Virus record (IMG/VR): IMGVR_UViG_3300049855_000348
Location: 156,490 to 220,489 of that record
Length of the DNA: 64,000 nucleotides
Direction: 5' to 3' (one strand)
Part shown: piece after piece, positions 1-9,360 of the stretch
How positions within the stretch are numbered: position 1 is the first letter of the stretch
Layout of the letters: each line of letters starts with the position of its first letter
Notes under the pieces: generated by a model
Databases searched by the model: none
Told to the model about the DNA's origin: nothing
What the model saw: the letters and a program-made list of their open reading frames with translations, nothing else
Made by a program: the position numbers and the translations under genes

Positions 1-495
1 TGTCGCCACTGGCATCGACAACTGCATGCTGTCCAGAACTTCGGCACGATCGAGATGCACCTGGAATAGCGAGATGGCCATTGCACGGTTGTGCTGGGCC
101 AGTTGCAGGTCCTTGTTCAACAGGACTGCGAGGTTCTTCTCGAACGTACCCTGATCGCTCAGATCGAACGTAGTGGGTGCTGAAGCATCGGCCTTGGCCA
201 CTGTTCCACGTGGAACAACGCTTGGCAGCGCCACGGCCTTTGGACCACCAGCGGCAGCAGCCGGCTGACCCTGGCCGGAACCGCCCTGCCCGCCCGGCTG
301 ACCCTGGCCGCCAGCGGCTTGCGCGACCGCATTGGCCGGTTGAGCGGTCAATGGCGGGGCGATGGCCTGCGACTGTGGCGTAGGCGGCGGGAGCGCCACC
401 GCCTTGTGAGCCGGGTTCTGAGAGGTGGGCAGCGTCCCGAGGAGGTCATCCAGCATCTGGATGGCGGGTGGTTCTGGGGGCTGCTCTCCACTCAT
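1..495 (-). CDS. Hypothetical protein, Pro/Gln/Gly-rich N-terminus (runs off the window edge)
   Basis: ATG at 495 overlaps the TGA of the upstream gene (ATGA). The frame is open to position 1: MSGEQPPEPPAIQMLDDLLG...; not in the ORF track. Confidence 0.75.
   Translation of the reverse strand, partial: MSGEQPPEPPAIQMLDDLLGTLPTSQNPAHKAVALPPPTPQSQAIAPPLTAQPANAVAQAAGGQGQPGGQGGSGQGQPAAAAGGPKAVALPSVVPRGTVAKADASAPTTFDLSDQGTFEKNLAVLLNKDLQLAQHNRAMAISLFQVHLDRAEVLDSMQLSMPVAT
202..217. promoter_or_regulatory. parS-like 16-bp palindrome TGTTCCACGTGGAACA
   Basis: Perfect palindrome matching the bacterial chromosomal parS consensus family (TGTTNCACGTGAAACA and variants). Confidence 0.55.
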
Positions 496-1220
496 GCGTT
501 GAAGACCTGATCCAGCAGCTTGGTACGCTCCTCATCCGACAGCACGGCCTCTTTGAGTTCGGTGCTGCGGGGCGTGGTGAGCTTGCCGGGATTGGTGATC
601 TCGTGATGACCCTGCGGACGGCCTGCGCCGTCCTTGCCGTAGCCAGCCGGCACGTTCTTGCCGTCAGCGCCAGGGAAGATGTCCTTGGCACGCTGCGCTG
701 GGCGCTTGTCAGCCGCATCATCGTTGAAGGACTGCTTGTCGTCCGGGTTTGCAGCATCTTCAGCGGGCTGGACGGTGAGTTTTTCAACAGCCGTGCTGCC
801 ACCTTCAACACTCTCGACAGCCTGCACCACCGGCTTGCCGGAGGCACCCTGCTGACGATTCGCCATGGCATCCTGCTGGATGCCTTTGGAGGCGGCAGTC
901 GGGCTGATCTTGGTCGGCTTCGGCTGGGCGGTGAGGTTCTTGTTCACCTGCTCCTGCTGCTTCGGGTCGATACCCTGCTGGTGGGCCATGTCCGCCTTGA
1001 CGGCCTGATCACCCTGCTGGGCGTTGGCGGCAGCGGTGGCCTGCACTCCATTGGCCAGTTGCTGGGCGGCAGTCTGCACCTGCTGCTGGGGCTTGCCCGG
1101 TGCCATCTTCACCGGCTTGCCGGGAGTGGGCAGGGCGGTGCCGCCAGCGGCCTGGGCATTGGAGGAACCCTGAAGTTCTTCCAGGATGGCGGCGACGTTT
1201 TCGTGGTAGACTCGGCGCAT
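492..1220 (-). CDS. Hypothetical Gln/Ala/Pro-rich protein, possibly an internal head protein
   Basis: Phage-like codon usage, operon context, N-terminal ...AILEE resembling a prohead-protease site. Confidence 0.75.
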   Translation of the reverse strand: MRRVYHENVAAILEELQGSSNAQAAGGTALPTPGKPVKMAPGKPQQQVQTAAQQLANGVQATAAANAQQGDQAVKADMAHQQGIDPKQQEQVNKNLTAQPKPTKISPTAASKGIQQDAMANRQQGASGKPVVQAVESVEGGSTAVEKLTVQPAEDAANPDDKQSFNDDAADKRPAQRAKDIFPGADGKNVPAGYGKDGAGRPQGHHEITNPGKLTTPRSTELKEAVLSDEERTKLLDQVFNA

Positions 1221-1223
1221 AGG

Positions 1224-1892
1224 TCAGACCTTTTTGAACTGGATGGCCAACTGGCTCTTGAGCACCCCAGCACCAACAGGCTTGAGCGCCTTGGACTGGA
1301 CGATGCGACCGAAACGACGGAGGGCGAGCGGATCCTTGGGATCGAGGGCGCTCTGCGTCTTCATGACGCGCACGATCTCCTTGACCAAGTTCGGCGACAT
1401 GACCTTCGAGCCCGGATCGACAGTCGTTCCCAGGGGAGCGATAGCACGGGTGACGTTGTCGAAACGGCGAATGCGCAGACTCGAACCGTCACGGCTGATG
1501 CGGTAGTGCTTGCCCTGTTTGCCGACGGCAACGATGGCAAGAATCTTGCTCTCTTTGAGATCGAAAAGGTTGGAATAGCCGATGTAATCCGCATTTTGGT
1601 AATGCAGACCACCCTTGCTCAGGAAGGTGATGTCGTAGCCCAGATCACGCAGCACCCACGACAGCGTCTGGAGCGTGCTGAGGAACTGGCCGTAGTCGCT
1701 GATGTCGATCGGGTAGTCGGTGCCACCCCACTTGTTCTTGATCGGACCCTTGGCCTCGACCTTCTTGACGATCGTGTTGATGCGATCGGCCTTCTCGTCG
1801 GAGCCGCTTTCACCGGTGGCGTAGGCCATGCCGTTGTAGGGCCAGCGATTCTGGAAGCCGGCGTTCTTGCGTTGGATGGTCAGCAGGTCCAT
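1224..1892 (-). CDS. Hypothetical protein
   Basis: 222-aa ORF tightly packed in the operon. Confidence 0.8.
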   Translation of the reverse strand: MDLLTIQRKNAGFQNRWPYNGMAYATGESGSDEKADRINTIVKKVEAKGPIKNKWGGTDYPIDISDYGQFLSTLQTLSWVLRDLGYDITFLSKGGLHYQNADYIGYSNLFDLKESKILAIVAVGKQGKHYRISRDGSSLRIRRFDNVTRAIAPLGTTVDPGSKVMSPNLVKEIVRVMKTQSALDPKDPLALRRFGRIVQSKALKPVGAGVLKSQLAIQFKKV

Positions 1893-1895
1893 GGG

Positions 1896-2453
1896 TTACT
1901 CCACCAGCTTGGCGAGATCTTTGACGGCGTTCATCACGGCCTGGATGGGGCCACGCAACGTCAGTTTGTGAGTCTTGATCGAGTTGTCGCTGGCCTTGTT
2001 CTCGGTCAGCGCCTGGATGAGCAGGTCGACGGTCTTGATATTGGCCGTCACCTCGGTCATCTTGTCGGACACGTCCTGGAGAGTGTTCAACGACGTGGCA
2101 GGCTTCTTGAGCTTGACTTCTGGGTTCGTGGGTGGCTTTGCGCCCTGATTTTGGCCGTTGGGGGCTCCAGCCTTGTTTTGTGGCTGCATGCCGCTAGCCT
2201 GCCCGGCCTTGGGATCCACCGCTGGGGCTTCACCCGGCATATCGAGGGGCGACGTGCCACCAGCTTCGCTGATGATATCCTCGGGCTTCATGCGAACGCC
2301 GAGTTCTTCCAGAACGCTGTTGACGCGGGGATCCACCTTGCCGCGCTCTTCGCGCATCTTGTTTTCCGAATGGTTCGGATCGACGCCCATCTTCTGGAGG
2401 GCTTTGGCGACTTGGGCATTCACTCCACCGGTGCGTTTCTGAAACATGGTCAC
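1896..2453 (-). CDS. Hypothetical protein
   Basis: 185-aa ORF with GGGAG upstream of the start region. Confidence 0.75.
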   Translation of the reverse strand: MTMFQKRTGGVNAQVAKALQKMGVDPNHSENKMREERGKVDPRVNSVLEELGVRMKPEDIISEAGGTSPLDMPGEAPAVDPKAGQASGMQPQNKAGAPNGQNQGAKPPTNPEVKLKKPATSLNTLQDVSDKMTEVTANIKTVDLLIQALTENKASDNSIKTHKLTLRGPIQAVMNAVKDLAKLVE

Positions 2454-2486
2454 TCCCGGCTATCAGCCTGTCACATAGGTACCAGC

Positions 2487-3938
2487 ATGTTGACCTTCTC
2501 CTACTCGAACGCTTGGACAGCCACCTACCAGGGTGACGTTCGGGGCGTCGCGTGGCTGAAGCGTCTGTTCACCTACACCGACATGGCAGACACCCGGCAC
2601 AAGCAGCGGCTGGGTTATTTTCCCTCCTACTGCACGCTCGACACCGATGGGTGCCGGATGTCCCACGGGCAGGTGATCCACGCTGTACGGCACGCCAAAG
2701 CCGACGGCATCCCCATCACGATCAATGACCCCAGTTGCCGGTATCTGGTCGAATCTGGTCCTATCCCGCCAGATTACCTTCCGGAGATCACCGGGTACGA
2801 CTACCAACTTTTGTCAGCCCAGATCGCCCTGGGCAGCGGGCACGGGCTGGTGGTGATCGCCACCGGTGGTGGCAAGACCGTCGTGATCGGGATGGTGCTC
2901 AAAGCTCTGGCCACCATGACCAACGTTCAGGGTATCCTGATCCTGATCTACTCGAAGGACCTGCTGAACCAAACCGCCAAGCGGATGGAGAAGTACGGTG
3001 TCCCAAGTGACGACATCGGTGTCATCCACTCCGACATCCCACCAGCCAAGCAGGCTATCGCAGCCACGAAGCGCATCGTGCTCGCCACCCACACCTCCAT
3101 CGCCAAGTACCATGGGGTGATCGAACGGACGCAATACGTGCTGGTCGATGAGGGTCACCGGGCGGTCGGCCCACTTTACTCCGCCCTGTTCGGCAAGCTG
3201 CCCAACCTCGTGAACATCCTCGGCTTCACCGCCACACCATGGGACAACGAAGCTGAGCGGATGAAGATGCTGGCGATCTATGGCCAGATCCTGGTGAACA
3301 TCCCGGTGCGCTTCCTCATCGATCGCGGTGTGTTGATGAATCCCGAGGTCTACTTCATCAAGCTCTACTACAAAGACCGCGACATCAAACTGTGCAATCA
3401 GATGGAATGGCGTGAAGCCAAGACTCAGTTCATTCTTGAAGACCGTAACCGCAATCTGCTACCGATCGTTGCTCTGAAGAAGTTCGGTGGTCGCATGCTC
3501 GTCATCTATGACGATCTCGACCATGGCGAGCATCTACAACAACTTTACATCGAGCAAGGTTTCGAGACTCGTCTCGCTGAAGGAAAGACTTCCACTAAGA
3601 ATCGTGCGAATGCCATCGAATGGTTCGAGCAAGACTGCGAGCCTGGACAGTGGGGCAAGGTTCTGCTCGCCTCGAAGGTATTCGATGAGGGTGTCGACAT
3701 CAAAGGCGGCTGCGACATTTTCTTCGCCATCGGTGCCGGAAAAGATGTCAGCAAAGTTGCACAGCGACTCGGTCGTGCTCTACGAAAAAACCGCAGCGGT
3801 AAACTGCGGTGTTTCGACTGCCAGGACAGCAATCATCCAATCCTGTCGCGGTGGTCATCCACTCGTCGTGGGGCGATCGAGGATCTGAAGATTCCGGTGA
3901 AGACGATCAGCCTGGAAGAGTTTGCGGTTCTGACTTGA
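2487..3938 (+). CDS. uvsW: SF2 DNA helicase, UvsW-like
   Basis: Motif I ATGGGKT, motif II VDEGH, motif III GFTATP, motif V FDEGVD, motif VI QRLGRALR. Start re-assigned to ATG 2487; the upstream part of ORF 468..3938 is an antisense shadow. Confidence 0.88.
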   Translation: MLTFSYSNAWTATYQGDVRGVAWLKRLFTYTDMADTRHKQRLGYFPSYCTLDTDGCRMSHGQVIHAVRHAKADGIPITINDPSCRYLVESGPIPPDYLPEITGYDYQLLSAQIALGSGHGLVVIATGGGKTVVIGMVLKALATMTNVQGILILIYSKDLLNQTAKRMEKYGVPSDDIGVIHSDIPPAKQAIAATKRIVLATHTSIAKYHGVIERTQYVLVDEGHRAVGPLYSALFGKLPNLVNILGFTATPWDNEAERMKMLAIYGQILVNIPVRFLIDRGVLMNPEVYFIKLYYKDRDIKLCNQMEWREAKTQFILEDRNRNLLPIVALKKFGGRMLVIYDDLDHGEHLQQLYIEQGFETRLAEGKTSTKNRANAIEWFEQDCEPGQWGKVLLASKVFDEGVDIKGGCDIFFAIGAGKDVSKVAQRLGRALRKNRSGKLRCFDCQDSNHPILSRWSSTRRGAIEDLKIPVKTISLEEFAVLT

Positions 3939-4296
3939 CCAGGAGTTGTTCGACTTTTTTGGCGAACGCTTCCAGCATGTTTTCCACGCCAGAGGTCATG
4001 TTCAACCTCGTCTGCTCTTGGCAGTAGCTGGGCACGTGATCGAACCAGTGCCAGTTCCACTTTCCTGAGTAGGGATTGAGATGGCCTCCACAGTCGTGTG
4101 TGGGGAGATGCTTGATTGCGGCTGGGATATCCTCGAAATGGCAGGCCAGCCAGTCATCCATGGGCCGGACACGAAGAGGGCCAGCCACCGTGTTGATCCG
4201 GAACTCTTTGTTCCAATCGCACGGTACTTCCTCCAGGTGAAGACGATCCTTCAGCTTGAGCAGGCCGGCGAGCACTTCTTTGGTCAGGTCGATCAT
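3907..4296 (-). CDS. Hypothetical protein
   Basis: MIDLTKEV...; start overlaps the stop of the upstream gene; contains LNPYSGKWNWH. Confidence 0.7.
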   Translation of the reverse strand: MIDLTKEVLAGLLKLKDRLHLEEVPCDWNKEFRINTVAGPLRVRPMDDWLACHFEDIPAAIKHLPTHDCGGHLNPYSGKWNWHWFDHVPSYCQEQTRLNMTSGVENMLEAFAKKVEQLLVKSEPQTLPG

Positions 4297-4580
4297 GTGA
4301 TGACTCCGTTCGTGAGATTCAGTTCTCCGACGTAGAGGTAGTTGTGCCCCTGGCTGATGGATGGGTCTGGGTAGTGGGCCGGTGGTTCGGCGAAGGTACA
4401 CCCATCACCGAACTTCAACAGCTTCAGATGTCCGAGCGTCTTGCTACCAAGATCGTGGTTTTGGTAAGCCGCCCACCGTCCACCACGTTCACGTACCGTT
4501 GTCAGTGCCTGTGGATGGATACACTTCCCCTCAGCATTTTCATTCTCGGGGTCGATGAGTTTGGCGACAGTGGTGGTCAT
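4293..4580 (-). CDS. Hypothetical protein
   Basis: MTTTVAKL... preceded by GAGG. Confidence 0.7.
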   Translation of the reverse strand: MTTTVAKLIDPENENAEGKCIHPQALTTVRERGGRWAAYQNHDLGSKTLGHLKLLKFGDGCTFAEPPAHYPDPSISQGHNYLYVGELNLTNGVIT

Positions 4581-4605
4581 GTGATTCCTCGGGTTGATTG
4601 GTGTT

Positions 4606-4797
4606 TCAGCGTGAGATGTAGAAGCCAGCGCGATCCTTGCCGACGAGATCTTCGAGTTCTTTGTGAGCTTTGATGGCTGCCTGCTCAGCCTCAGCGAAAG
4701 CCAGCGCAGCAGCATGCCGCTTCTCACTGGCTGCTTTGGCAGCAGCACCGAGGGTGCGAGCGAGAGCATCGAAATCGGCAGCGGGTTTCTGACTCAT
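4606..4797 (-). CDS. Hypothetical small coiled-coil protein
   Basis: MSQKPAAD...; GGAGG upstream; overlaps the upstream stop. Confidence 0.65.
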   Translation of the reverse strand: MSQKPAADFDALARTLGAAAKAASEKRHAAALAFAEAEQAAIKAHKELEDLVGKDRAGFYISR

Positions 4798-5075
4798 ACC
4801 ATGACCTCCGTCTTGTGGGTGCTGTATTGTGGGCTGAAGATCGTCAGAGCCTTTACGACGCCATTCCATTCTTTCTTGATGATTTCCTCCGCCTCTGCGA
4901 GCACAGCGTTCATCTCGGCACCGTAGCGGATCCACGCCTGCTTTCTGCCGTTGATGGTGAACGTGATGAGGTATGGCTTCAGACCATTGACCTCTCCCAG
5001 CTTGAAGAAGGACGCCTTGGTGTATTCCACCCAGGCACCTTCGTATTCGGCGGTCTTTTTGTCTTCGTTGTTCAT
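4794..5075 (-). CDS. Hypothetical early protein (leaderless)
   Basis: ATG 6 nt downstream of a TATACT -10 box. Confidence 0.7.
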   Translation of the reverse strand: MNNEDKKTAEYEGAWVEYTKASFFKLGEVNGLKPYLITFTINGRKQAWIRYGAEMNAVLAEAEEIIKKEWNGVVKALTIFSPQYSTHKTEVMV

Positions 5076-5081
5076 GTCCAC

Positions 5082-5109
5082 AGTATAGCGACTAAAAGGT
5101 CGCTGTCAA
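5082..5109 (-). promoter_or_regulatory. Early promoter with embedded palindromic operator
   Basis: TTGACA-GCGACCTTTTAGTCGC-TATACT-6 nt-ATG. Confidence 0.85.
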
Positions 5110-5111
5110 CA

Positions 5112-5246
5112 CCCTATCCGAACAGCGCCTTGAGGCGGAACAGGAAGCTCGGCTTCGTGACGGGGTAGCGGCCAGCGGAGTTTGAGGTGTTACGCACGGT
5201 GTGTTCCTACTAGGGGGAGGCGTTCTGTTTTCTAGAAAATAGAATG
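5112..5246 (+). ncRNA. Candidate small structured RNA followed by a hairpin
   Basis: ORF-free intergenic region with nested stems CCCTA/TAGGG, GGAACA/TGTTCC, CGTGAC/GTTACG, CGCC/GGCG, GAAGC/GCTTC and a hairpin at 5221-5246. Confidence 0.35.
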
Positions 5247-5248
5247 GG

Positions 5249-5461
5249 TTAGCGACCACGTGGGGATGGTTCGCCGTCCTTCTGGACGTAGGGGGCGATC
5301 TTCACACCCGGATTCCAACGTTTCGCAAACGCCGCCTTGTTTCTCTCCCAATGGGCAAGAGCAGCCTCTTCACCCCGTTCGCTTGCGAGGTATTCGTAGA
5401 TCAAGCCATCGCTGACGTTGACGTAGAGGTGGACGAGAGGGAGTTCGGCGGTGGTGCTCAT
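5249..5461 (-). CDS. Hypothetical early protein (leaderless)
   Basis: 70 aa; ATG 6 nt after TATAAT. Confidence 0.75.
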   Translation of the reverse strand: MSTTAELPLVHLYVNVSDGLIYEYLASERGEEAALAHWERNKAAFAKRWNPGVKIAPYVQKDGEPSPRGR

Positions 5462-5467
5462 GCCCAG

Positions 5468-5495
5468 ATTATAGCGACACTTTAGTCTAAGTCAA
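5468..5495 (-). promoter_or_regulatory. Early promoter with operator
   Basis: TTGACT-TAGACTAAAGTGTCGC-TATAAT-6 nt-ATG. Confidence 0.85.
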
Positions 5496-5530
5496 CACCT
5501 TCCTCAACACCGGTCATGGCTACATAAGCC

Positions 5531-5707
5531 ATGAACCTCAAGCCCCTCGTCGAAGATACCTGTTCCGGCAACGTGGCTGCATTTACCCGGGCTCGCATTG
5601 GTGGCGGGGATGACAAGGTCGTCCGCAAGCCTGTAGAAAAGAAGAAGGGTACCGGACTCAAGCCCGGTACCCTCTTCGACTTCGTCAACGGCTACAAGAA
5701 ACGCTAG
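5531..5707 (+). CDS. Small basic protein (58 aa), putative internal head protein
   Basis: MNLKPLVEDTCSG...GYKKR; TACATA hexamer 4 nt upstream; below the ORF-track cutoff. Confidence 0.6.
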   Translation: MNLKPLVEDTCSGNVAAFTRARIGGGDDKVVRKPVEKKKGTGLKPGTLFDFVNGYKKR

Positions 5708-7080
5708 CCGGCAAGCTGACCGGTTGCCTTGAGCAATCCGTTCAGCAGATCTTCAGCCGAGGCCGAGGCACCTGCCGGGGGTGGATTGCTGACCGGTGGA
5801 GCCTGCTGGACCGACGATTGAGCCACGACCGGGGGCACAACAGGGTTCGTCGATACCGAGGGCGGTACGGGCATCCCAGCGTCACTGCGGATGGCAGCCT
5901 TGATGTCAGAGACCTTCTCCAGGTCCTCCAACTTGGGCATGCTCACCCGGGTTGATGGCAGGGTAGCAGGAGCCGAGTGCAGGGGCGGCGGCACATGCTG
6001 GTGGCTGGTGGTGGGCTCGGCTGGCTTGAAGACCACAACCGGTTCCTGAGGCTGTGCGGTCGGACCATTGATCGGCACCCCACCCTCCTTGAACAAGCTC
6101 TGCTGGCCTTTGCTGGCGTTCTCCTTGGCGATCACGGCGTCAGACTCGGCGATGAGCGCCTTGTATGCCTTCTCAGCGTCGGTGATGTTCTTGGCCCCGG
6201 TGACGGTCTCGATCTGCTCCGGAGTGAACATGCTACGGCTGTTCAACTCGTCGACCATCTTTTTGAGATCGGCGTCGATCTGTTCCTTGGTGCGACGACC
6301 ACGCTGAACCGTTCCAGAGATCGGCGGCTTGCTGCTACCAACACCAGTCAGGATCTGCTTGGTATCGGTGGTGACACCGGCTGTCTGAGCGGGTGATCCG
6401 AGGCTGGGCGGGGTGGCCGGCTGACCGTTGTTGCTGAAGGGGAGCGATGTCACCTCGTAGATGTCCGGCACTTCAATGTCGATCCAGTCGACCGCATCCA
6501 TCATCATCTCCATCGCCCAGTCGGTCGAATAGAGAGGGAAACTACCAAGCTGACGAGCCGCGATCTCCGCTTCGGCCAGGATGACACCGAACACATAGCG
6601 ATCAGGAACCTGACCAGCACCGCCGATGGTGCCGAGTTTGATGAGACGACCGGCGATATCGGCATCGTAGTCCTTCACCACACGGTTTTTCACGTCGGTG
6701 CCGGAGAGTTCCAGCGTCGCAAAAGTGGCGGTTACCAGACCAAACGAGCAATCCCACTTCACGCGGGCATTGAGTGATGCCATCAGACGCTGTTGGTCAC
6801 TGACCATCAGGCAACCTTTGTCGTTGCCCTCAAGTTTGTTCTTCAGGTACCAACCCCAGACCTCGTTCGAGTTGATGTTCTGGACTCGACTGGTGTTGTC
6901 CAAGCTGATGATGTTCTTCTCAGCATCGAACTTGAAATTCTTGTGGTTGGCCTGGATCGCCTTGAGCAGGTACTTCACCGGCACGCCGATGACACGCGCC
7001 ATCTCGAAGGCGGTGAACTTCGGCAAGACATCCTTGCTGAGCTTGATCGACTCGACGATGGATTCACGAGTGATTTTCAT
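5704..7080 (-). CDS. Hypothetical protein, possible N-terminal HTH and Pro-rich C-terminal tail
   Basis: FTAFEMARVIGVPVKYLLKAI is HTH-like; low-complexity tail. Confidence 0.8.
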   Translation of the reverse strand: MKITRESIVESIKLSKDVLPKFTAFEMARVIGVPVKYLLKAIQANHKNFKFDAEKNIISLDNTSRVQNINSNEVWGWYLKNKLEGNDKGCLMVSDQQRLMASLNARVKWDCSFGLVTATFATLELSGTDVKNRVVKDYDADIAGRLIKLGTIGGAGQVPDRYVFGVILAEAEIAARQLGSFPLYSTDWAMEMMMDAVDWIDIEVPDIYEVTSLPFSNNGQPATPPSLGSPAQTAGVTTDTKQILTGVGSSKPPISGTVQRGRRTKEQIDADLKKMVDELNSRSMFTPEQIETVTGAKNITDAEKAYKALIAESDAVIAKENASKGQQSLFKEGGVPINGPTAQPQEPVVVFKPAEPTTSHQHVPPPLHSAPATLPSTRVSMPKLEDLEKVSDIKAAIRSDAGMPVPPSVSTNPVVPPVVAQSSVQQAPPVSNPPPAGASASAEDLLNGLLKATGQLAG

Positions 7081-7874
7081 GAGTCGGCTCCCTTATGAGC
7101 GAGTTGTTGACCGGTGATGGTGATCGTGCCGGAAGTGGTGACGATGTGGACATAGCCGCTGTCGGCTTCCACCTCGATGTCGAGCACGACACCACCACGA
7201 CACTTGCTGTCTGGTGTGGTATCGAGTCGACCGAAGAGCTTGGAAGAGAGTTCGGTGTGAAGCTGTTGGAAAGGACGTTCCAGACCGTTGGCCTGAATCA
7301 GTGTCTTGGCCGTCGAATAGGTCGCTTCGTTCTGTGCCAGCGCATAGGCAGCTTCCAGCATCGACTGGAGTTTCTTGTGATCGGTGCGCGGCGGCTTGAC
7401 GGTGATATTCACTGGTCTTTGCGGGGCTGCGATGGTTGGAGCCGGAGCACCAGGAGCGACAGCAGGGGCGCTAGTCGCTGGGCGTGTTGGATCTACCGGG
7501 CGCAGATGCTTTCCAGCCGCAAGGGTTGACGGAGCGACCGCAGCCACGGTGACACCAGACTCACTGATGGGTGAACCGAGCGGAATCGGGCCATTCTCTT
7601 CGTGCGGTCGAGGAACAGCACCTCCAGCACCCATGATCTCAGGAACCGAACCTTCTTCACTGTCGAGATTGATCGCCTTTTTCGGATCGAACGACACGCT
7701 CTTGTTCATCTGAGTTGGTGTCTTCTTCTCATTGAGGACAGTGACGATCTCGGTGTCGTTCAGTTGTCCGAACAGAGCGGCGGTCCATCCGAGAGATTTC
7801 ACCTTGTGCCAGATAACACCCTTGGCGATCATGTTCCCTTTGTATGGAATCAGTTCATCGTGATCAAAAGCCAT
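7077..7874 (-). CDS. Hypothetical protein with a Pro/Ala-rich linker
   Basis: Start at MAFDHDEL avoids a long overlap with the resolvase gene. Confidence 0.75.
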   Translation of the reverse strand: MAFDHDELIPYKGNMIAKGVIWHKVKSLGWTAALFGQLNDTEIVTVLNEKKTPTQMNKSVSFDPKKAINLDSEEGSVPEIMGAGGAVPRPHEENGPIPLGSPISESGVTVAAVAPSTLAAGKHLRPVDPTRPATSAPAVAPGAPAPTIAAPQRPVNITVKPPRTDHKKLQSMLEAAYALAQNEATYSTAKTLIQANGLERPFQQLHTELSSKLFGRLDTTPDSKCRGGVVLDIEVEADSGYVHIVTTSGTITITGQQLAHKGADS

Positions 7875-7881
7875 GGTTTCT

Positions 7882-8526
7882 TTACCTGTAAATGGTGATT
7901 TTAGCGGCAACATCAAGATCGTCCTTACGAACGCCCAAAGTGCCAGGAATGGGTTTCGCATAGGCAACCAGTGATATCCGTCCTAAGACATAGGCGTCAG
8001 CGATATTGTTGTCGCTGGATTCAAAAGTCCAGCGTTTGTAGACCCCGAGCATCACTTGGTCCTTCTCACACGTCCCTTTGCCGGTGGCGAACTTCTTCAG
8101 TCCATTGGTGCCACAGCAGGCGAAGTGCCAGTCGGTCCTGCTCATCATGATTCTGAAGTGCCAGCCCAGACCACCGAGCTTGGCCATCTGATGAGCTTGA
8201 GAGAAGGCGAAGTCTTCCATCACCGCACAGACCTTGCGACCAGCAGCGATCTCGGTGACAAACTTGTAGGTCTCACTGAACAAAGTGACGATGCGGTGGA
8301 CTTCATCCATCGGCGTCGAGCCGGCCTTGGTAGAGATCAGTTTCTGGCCAAGCAATGTGCCCTGGTCGTCAAAGATACAGACGCCAGTGCCGGTCATCGA
8401 CTGGTCGATGCCAACATAGACCCCACCCTTCACCCAGGGAGAGACTTGCACGCATGCGGGTACGAGGTTCTTTTTCTTAGCCACTGACACCCTTCCGTCG
8501 CGCCCATCGACGTTCGTGTTCGACAT
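7882..8526 (-). CDS. RuvC-like Holliday junction resolvase
   Basis: GIDQSMTGTG, MEDFAF, LKKFATGKG..KDQV and DNNIADAY carry the RuvC catalytic acidic residues. Confidence 0.85.
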   Translation of the reverse strand: MSNTNVDGRDGRVSVAKKKNLVPACVQVSPWVKGGVYVGIDQSMTGTGVCIFDDQGTLLGQKLISTKAGSTPMDEVHRIVTLFSETYKFVTEIAAGRKVCAVMEDFAFSQAHQMAKLGGLGWHFRIMMSRTDWHFACCGTNGLKKFATGKGTCEKDQVMLGVYKRWTFESSDNNIADAYVLGRISLVAYAKPIPGTLGVRKDDLDVAAKITIYR

Positions 8527-8737
8527 TCACCGCTGCGACTTCTTCAGCTTTCAGCGATGGTGACGTGAGCGCACGGAAGTGTTCAGCCTTGAGGCGGATC
8601 TCATGTGCGACACGACGCAGTTCGGCTTGGGCCACACCTGCGCCGTGCCCGCCAGCCGCTACCTTCTCTCGATTCAAACGCTGGCTGTTGGCCAGGGTCA
8701 CGAGATCGTCAAAGATGCGGATGGCGTCAGGAGTCAT
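8477..8737 (-). CDS. Hypothetical protein
   Basis: 86-aa ORF coupled to the upstream gene. Confidence 0.6.
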   Translation of the reverse strand: MTPDAIRIFDDLVTLANSQRLNREKVAAGGHGAGVAQAELRRVAHEIRLKAEHFRALTSPSLKAEEVAAVNVEHERRWARRKGVSG

Positions 8738-9360
8738 CAGACGTGGTTGTAGCCGTCCCCACCGTTATCGACGATGCTCTTGGCAGCAACGTTGATCGAT
8801 GGAGCGGTACCAGACTTCGGCCAGTTGGTGTCGAGATCGCGGTTGGCGATATCGGTTTCGTTGACGATGAACGGACGGATCAGACGTTCAGCCCATCCAC
8901 CGACTTCAACCTGAGCCAAGGTGGCTGACTTGTAGAGGATCATGCGACCTTCGTCGCCGACCTGAGCACCTGCGGACATGATCTTTTCGATCACACCGCC
9001 ACCAACGACAGCGCGGGTCGTGTAGGTGTACTCGGATGACGACTTGAGGAACGTGTAGTCCTGGTTCGGTTTGAGACCACTGTTGGTCGGCACGAAGCCA
9101 GAGCCATGCACCGTCGGGACACGCAGAACTTTTGACGGCACCTCTTTCTGCGCTGTCAGACCCGGCTGAACAACGAAGTTCATGTCCCCGATGGTGAACT
9201 GGAGGACCTGATTCTTCTGGTTGTTCTGCGTCTGGAGTGCAGGGTTCTGATTCACTGCCGTCGAATCAAATGGATAGGTGGCGAGCATGGCGTGTTTCTC
9301 CACGCCTATGTAGCTGGACGCAGCGAAAATCAGAGTCAGGAGGGCCAGGGTCCTGATCAT
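8737..9360 (-). CDS. Hypothetical protein with an N-terminal hydrophobic segment
   Basis: MIRTLALLTLIFAASSYIG; overlaps the upstream stop. Confidence 0.7.
   Translation of the reverse strand: MIRTLALLTLIFAASSYIGVEKHAMLATYPFDSTAVNQNPALQTQNNQKNQVLQFTIGDMNFVVQPGLTAQKEVPSKVLRVPTVHGSGFVPTNSGLKPNQDYTFLKSSSEYTYTTRAVVGGGVIEKIMSAGAQVGDEGRMILYKSATLAQVEVGGWAERLIRPFIVNETDIANRDLDTNWPKSGTAPSINVAAKSIVDNGGDGYNHV

Noticed and set aside
468-2486. N-terminal 673 aa of the 1156-aa ORF as a helicase extension
   Set aside because: Exact antisense shadow of three in-frame minus-strand genes, with the Leu/Gly/His-rich composition typical of shadows; helicase-like sequence starts at ATG 2487
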